Source of the DNA: an uncultured candidate division Zixibacteria bacterium
GTDB lineage: Bacteria; Zixibacteria; MSB-5A5; GN15; FEB-12
Direction: 5' to 3'
Length of the DNA stretch: 64,000 bases
Assembly (NCBI GenBank): GCA_963806185.1
Contig: CAWDXE010000003.1
Location: forward strand, 276,619 to 340,618
In this document: positions 59,284 through 64,000 of the stretch, piece after piece
How the letters are laid out: the number at the start of each line of letters is the position of its first letter
Numbering within the stretch: position 1 is the first letter of the stretch
Notes under the pieces: model-generated
Database searches by the model: none
Seen by the model: the letters and a program-made list of their open reading frames with translations, nothing else
Told to the model about the DNA's origin: nothing
Position numbers and translations under genes: made by a program

Positions 59284-59937
59284 CAGGACACGGTGGGCTT
59301 GAGGGTGCCGGGCCACGCGCTGGCGCTGGAGCTCTTGCTTGAGTTCCAGGGCGGGGTGGCGGCGCCGAGCGCGAACCGCTTCGGGCGGGTGAGCCCCACC
59401 ACCGCGGCCCACGTGCGCGAGGAGCTGGGCGACCTGGTGGACCTGGTGCTCGACGGCGGCCCCTGCCGGGTGGGGGTGGAGTCCTCCATCGTCGACTGCT
59501 CGGGCGGGACGCCGCGGCTGCTCCGCCCCGGCGGGGTGGCCAAAGAGCGGCTGGAGGCCGTGCTGGGCGGGCCGCTGGAGCACCTGCGCGAGGCGAGCGA
59601 CGTGCGCGCGCCCGGGCTCCTCGCCTCGCACTACGCGCCCAAGGCGGGGGTGCTGGTGGTGGAGGCGGCGGGCCTCGGGGCCGAGCTTCTGCGCACCGGC
59701 GGCGCGGGCCTGAAGCGGGCGGTGCTCGGCCCCGCGTCGCTCGTGGTGCCCGAGGGCGTGGAGCGCATCGTGGTGGAGGGCGACGCGGACGGCTTCGCGC
59801 GGGGGCTCTACGCGGCGCTGCGCGAGGCCGATGCCCGCGGCTTCGAGCTGGTGCTGGCCGTGCCGCCGCCGGGCGAGGGCCTGGGGCTCGCGGTGCGCGA
59901 CCGGCTGTCCCGCGCCGCCTCGCCGCGCGGGCGCTGA
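59284..59937 (+). CDS. sua5: Sua5/TsaC threonylcarbamoyl-AMP synthase, 5'-truncated
   Basis: DTVGLRVPGH, AAPSANRFG..SPTTA.HV, GVESSIVD, LLRPGG, APG..SHYAP, LYAALR. Confidence 0.92.
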   Translation, partial: QDTVGLRVPGHALALELLLEFQGGVAAPSANRFGRVSPTTAAHVREELGDLVDLVLDGGPCRVGVESSIVDCSGGTPRLLRPGGVAKERLEAVLGGPLEHLREASDVRAPGLLASHYAPKAGVLVVEAAGLGAELLRTGGAGLKRAVLGPASLVVPEGVERIVVEGDADGFARGLYAALREADARGFELVLAVPPPGEGLGLAVRDRLSRAASPRGR

Positions 59938-60055
59938 GGTCTTTCGCCGCTCGGTCCGAGGGTCGACGCCCAAAGAGGCGCGCGACGCCCGACAGACGAC
60001 GACCCGGCGCCCTCCCACGAGAGCACCGGGCCGGGTCACTGCCTCGCGAAAGCGG

Positions 60056-63000
60056 CTACAGAATCTGGCCGCACCGGTTGGCGATGTTTCCGCCGCCGCA
60101 GGTGTCATGGGGGGCGGTGCAGGTGCCGCAGTTGAGCGTGCCGCCGCAGCCGTCGCCGATGGTGCCGCAGTTGGCGCCAGCGCCGCGCAGGTCATCGGCG
60201 TGCACGCCGCCGCAGCTGGCCGGGCACGCCGCCGCCGCCGCAGGTCTGCGGCGCGGTGCAGGTGCCGCAGTTGGATGAGGCCGCCGCAGCCGTCGCCGCG
60301 CCGGGCCGCAGTTGATGCCTGGCGGCGCAGGTCATCGGCGTGCAGCGCCGGACGCCGCCGCACTGCCCGGGGTGCCGCCGCCGCCGCAGGTCGTCGGGCG
60401 GCAGGTGCCGCAGCCGCAGTCGATGACGCCGCCGCAGCCGTCGCCGGCCGGGCCGCAGTTGAAGCCGCTGCTGCGCGCAGGTCTTCGGCGTGCACGCGCC
60501 GGGCTGCCGCCGCACACGCCCGGGCGTGCCGCCGCCGCCGCAGGTCTGCGGGCGCGGTGCAGGTGCCGCAGTCGAGCGTGCCGCCGCAGCCGTCGCCGGC
60601 CGGGCCGCAGTTGACGCCGCTGCCGCGCAGGTCTTCGGCGCGCAGGCGTGCCGCCGCCGCACGACGCCGGCGACGCCGCCGCCGCCGCAGGTCTGCGGCG
60701 CGGTGCAGGTGCCGCAGCTCGAGCGGTGCCGCCGCAGCCGTCGGCCGGCGGGCCGCAGTTGACGCCGAGCTGCGCGCAGGTCTTCGGCGTGCAGCCGGTG
60801 CCGCCGCACGACGCCGGGCGCGCCGCCGCCGCCGCAGGTCTGCGGCGCGGTGCAGGCGCCGCAGTCGAGCGTGCCGCCGCAGCCGTCGCCCGCGGGCCGC
60901 AGTTGACGCCGTGCTGCGCGCAGGTCTTCGGCGTGCAGCCGCGCGCCGCACACGCCGGGCGTGCCGCCGCCGCCGCAGGTCTGCGGCGCGGTGCAGGTGC
61001 CGCAGTTCGAGCGGTGCCGCCGCAGCCGTCGCCCTGCAGGCCGCACTGGCGCCGAGCTGCGGCAGGTCTTGGGGTGCAGGTCGCGATGGGGCCGGCGTGA
61101 CGCACGAGCTCGAGGTCGAAGATCAGGTACTCGAAGACCTTCTCCTGCGGCGTCATCGGGCCGACCGTGCACTGGCCCGGCCAGGTCTGGCCTGCCGGCG
61201 CCGTTGGCGTTGATGACGTGGAAGTCGCTGAACAGCACCCGCCCGCACTGGTTGGCCGGCGCCGCCGAGTCGGCGTGTTGAAGGCGTACTGGAGCGGACG
61301 CGTGCCGGGATGCGCCGGGGGAGTTGCCGCGGTTGCTCAGCTGTTGGCCGTTGGGCGCCGTACACCCAGCGCTCGGCCGGCGGGATGACCGCGTCGAAGT
61401 CGTGGCGCACGGTGTTCGACGCGGATCCTCGGCACCGCCGGCGTGGAGCTCGCCGCCTGCGCGCCCACCGTGTAGACCCACTGCCCGAAGGTGAGCCCTT
61501 GCGGAAGGAGATGTCGATGTAGGCGTCCTGGTTGGGCGGCGTGCCCTGCCGGCCGGGTTCCAGGTCGCGGTGCCGGTGAAGGAGATGGTGAGTTGTTGCC
61601 GTTGGGTCGACGCGCGTCCCGTACAGCCAGACGTAGGCGAAGTGGCTGGCGAAGACGCGGCCGCCGGCGTTGGCGTACGCCTCGAGGTTGGCGCGCGGCG
61701 CTGCTCGTCTTCGGCACCTCGCCGCCCACGCAGTCCAGGACGATCATGTCGTACTTCTGCATCTCGGTGAGGCTGTCGAAGAGCGTCGTGGCGGCCGGCG
61801 TGCCGGCCCACCGATGAGTCGGCGCCGTTGTCCAGGTAGAAGCGCACCCGCCCGGTGCCGCGGGCAGGGCAGGCTGTACTGGTCATCGCGATGCCGATCT
61901 TCGGCAGCACGCACTCGATGGCGTCGGCGCTCGCCGGTCACCACCGCGATCAGCGGGATGTTGTCGTTGGGGTTGCCCTCGCCCTGCTCGCCGCGGCAGC
62001 CGCGTCTGGTCGGCGGTCACGGTGTTCGACGCGCAGCACGGCGAGGCTGGACACGGTCACCTGCCGCCGCCACCGGCCCAGCTGAATCACCACCGGCGGA
62101 CGTCGACGCCGCACGGCACGTTGGTCAGGGTGAAGGTGCCGTTCAGCGCCGAGGTGGTGGAGACCAGCGGGCTGCCGGTCACCGTGGCCGTGCACTGGTC
62201 GCAGCTCACGGCCGTGCCGCCGTCGGGGAAGGGCTGCACGGTGCCGTTGGGCACGTACACCAGCGCGCCGGGAATCGGGTCGGGGTAGCCGTAGCCCGCG
62301 TCGGCGTGGGTGGGCGCCAGCACCACGCCGGTGAGGGTGGTGGCGCCGGGCATGCCCGGGCGGTCCTGCTGGTGCAGGCAGAGGTTGGTGCAGCTGCCGG
62401 CGCCGCCGTCGGGGACGCACGCTGCCGCACACGCTGGGGATGCCGGAGCCGCCGCAGATGTCGGGCGCGGTGCAGGCGCCGCAGCCGGCGGTGAGCGCGC
62501 CGCAGCCGTCGCCCACCGGGCCGCAGTTGGCGTTCAGCTGCGACGCAGGTCGCGGGCACGCAGGCGGGCGGCGAGCCGCACACGCTGGCCACGCCGCCGC
62601 CGCCGCAGGCTGGCCGCCGGGGCAGGTCGCCGCAGTTGAGCAGCACGCCGCAGCCGTCGCTCACCGGGCCGCAGTCCACGTCGAGGTGCGCGCAGGTCTT
62701 CGGCACGCAGGCGACCGCCGCCGCACTGGTTGGGGACGCCGCCGCCGCCGCAGGCCTGCCGGAGGGCAGGTGCCGTGCCGCATGGAGGAGTGCCGCCGCA
62801 GCCGTCGCCGACCGGGCCGCAGTCGCGCTCGGCCTGCGCGCAGGTGCGGGGGACGCAGGGCACGCCGCCGCCGCACTGGTTCGGCACGCCGCCGCCGCCG
62901 CAGGCCTGGGCGCGGGTGCAGGCGCCGCAGTCGATGATGCCGCCGCAGCCGTCGCCCACCGGGCCGCAGCCGGCGTCGGCAGTGGCGCAGGTGCGCGCCA

Positions 63001-63716
63001 CGCAGCCGGTGCCGCCGCCGCAGTGGGAGGGGACGCCGCCGCCGCCGCAGAGGCCGCCAGCGCAGCTCCCGCAGGTGACGTTGCCGCCGAGCCGTCGCCG
63101 ATGGGGCCGCACTGGTCACCCGGTGGCGCAGGTGATGGCCCGGCGCCGCCGTCGGCAGGTTGGTGCCCAACAGGCCGCAGCGCCCGGCCTCGCCGCCACC
63201 GCCGCAGATCTCCGGCAGCGCGCAGGAACCGCAGTTGACCAGGTGACCGCAGCCGTCTCCGGCGGGGCCGCAGTAAGTTGAGCTGCGCGCAGGTCAGCGG
63301 AATGCAGCCCGCGTCGCCACCGCAGCGGTTGTACTCGCCGCCACCGCCGCACACCTCCGGCAGGGTGCAGGTGCCGCAGTTCAAGGGGCGGCTGCAGCCG
63401 TCGCCGATGAGGCCGCACTCCGCGCCGGCATCGGCGCAGGCGTTGAGGCCGCAGCCGCCGTCCTTAGCGAGGATGCCGCCGCCGGTGCCTCCGGTTCCTC
63501 CGTGCCGCCCATTCCGCCGGTTCCACCGCTGCCGCCGGTGCCGCCGCCGCCGCCCACGTCGCCGCCGGTGCCGCCGCCGACGTCACCGCCCGTGCCTCCG
63601 CCGACGTCGCCGCCGGTGCCGCCGCCACCGCCCCCGTTGACGTTCGGCTTGTCGCAGTTACATCCGTTCAAAACGACGAGCAGCGCCAGAGCAGCGCCAC
63701 GCATGACTGCGCGCAT
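60056..63716 (-). CDS. Large myxobacterial-type Cys/Gly-rich repeat lipoprotein (many frameshifts)
   Basis: MRAVMRGAALALLVVLNGCNC lipobox-like start, GGGTGGDV repeats, arrays of CxPKTCA..NCGPAGDGCGG.L.CGTC..PQTCGGGG..GVCG, central domain (YVPNG..CDQC..NGTFTL..QLGRWRRQ..CGRVLFSDFHV), stop after RCGQIL. Confidence 0.75.
60060..61080 (-). repeat. Tandem array of about 140-bp Cys-rich coding repeats
   Basis: Recurring gccgccgcaggtctgcggcgcggtgcaggtgccgcag and gccgcagccgtcgccg motifs. A second, more diverged array lies at about 62420-63460. Confidence 0.85.
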
Positions 63717-63870
63717 GTTCGACCTCGGAATTCGGTGACCAGAGGGCCCGGCTCGAGCCCCGTTGCAGGCGCCGAGTATAGGGACCATTCCCGCGAAGAT
63801 TGAACACCTGCGCGCTCGCACCCACCTTGGCGCACCAGGTGAGGAAGCGTGCGCGGCCTCGACGCTTTTT

Positions 63871-64000
63871 TCAGTTCAGCGCGTTCGGCTGGGTGAGCAC
63901 GAACTCGCCGATGAGCGCGTCGAAGGCTTCGCCGCCCTCGACGTCCATGCGGGTGCCGCGCATGGAGCCGAAGGGGGTCTTGAGCATCGCCCAGCTGGTG
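63871..64000 (-). CDS. C-terminal end of an unidentified high-GC gene
   Basis: Open frame ...TSWAMLKTPFGSMRGTRMDVEGGEAFDALIGEFVLTQPNALN* with high GC3. Confidence 0.5.
   Translation of the reverse strand, partial: TSWAMLKTPFGSMRGTRMDVEGGEAFDALIGEFVLTQPNALN

Noticed and set aside
58920..59543. A genuine 207-aa ORF spanning the junction
   Set aside because: Its N-terminal part is the antisense of the foreign sua5 fragment; only the C-terminal part is real.
60060..63460. CRISPR array
   Set aside because: The repeats are degenerate coding units of about 140 bp with no unique spacers, and there are no cas genes.

Overview
Bases 1 to about 59282 are core chromosome from a diderm bacterium. An FCB-group organism such as a Zixibacterium is my inference from its FlgD/T9SS-like C-terminal domains, S46 peptidase and ricT-holB-metG-tatD-rsmA block. 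Almost all genes are on the minus strand: a glycine-cleavage/acc region (gcvPB, gcvPA, gcvH, accC, pilT, accB, M24 peptidase), an S46 peptidase, an orphan flagellin, a dcw cluster (mraZ to ftsZ, without murB or ddl), glycosyltransferases, lnt, gpmI, purM, RluA, pdxJ-like, rsmA, tatD, metG, ricT, holB, an EnvC/FtsX/FtsE-like set, rho, rsfS, glmU-like, panD and a NUDIX gene. At about 59283 the sequence switches mid-gene to very GC-rich myxobacterial-like DNA (a sua5 fragment and a large Cys-rich repeat lipoprotein), most likely an assembly chimera. Single-base frameshifts are frequent at 1-13.3 kb and after 60 kb and look like long-read errors. Best candidates for new biology: (1) tandem exported thioredoxin-TPR paralogs between gcvPA and gcvPB, one with WCSWC and the other with an in-frame TGA at the same position (W-U-S-W-C) plus a SECIS-like hairpin the Cys copy lacks, i.e. 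a probable selenoprotein/Cys-homolog pair; (2) a low-GC inserted gene with two RxxxxH (HEPN-like) motifs, a candidate stand-alone defence RNase; (3) two candidate structured non-coding RNAs at 14.6-15.3 kb; (4) a minimal flagellin with a sigma54-like promoter; (5) degenerate PdxJ-like and FtsE-like proteins. No database searches were run; all family calls come from motif recognition.
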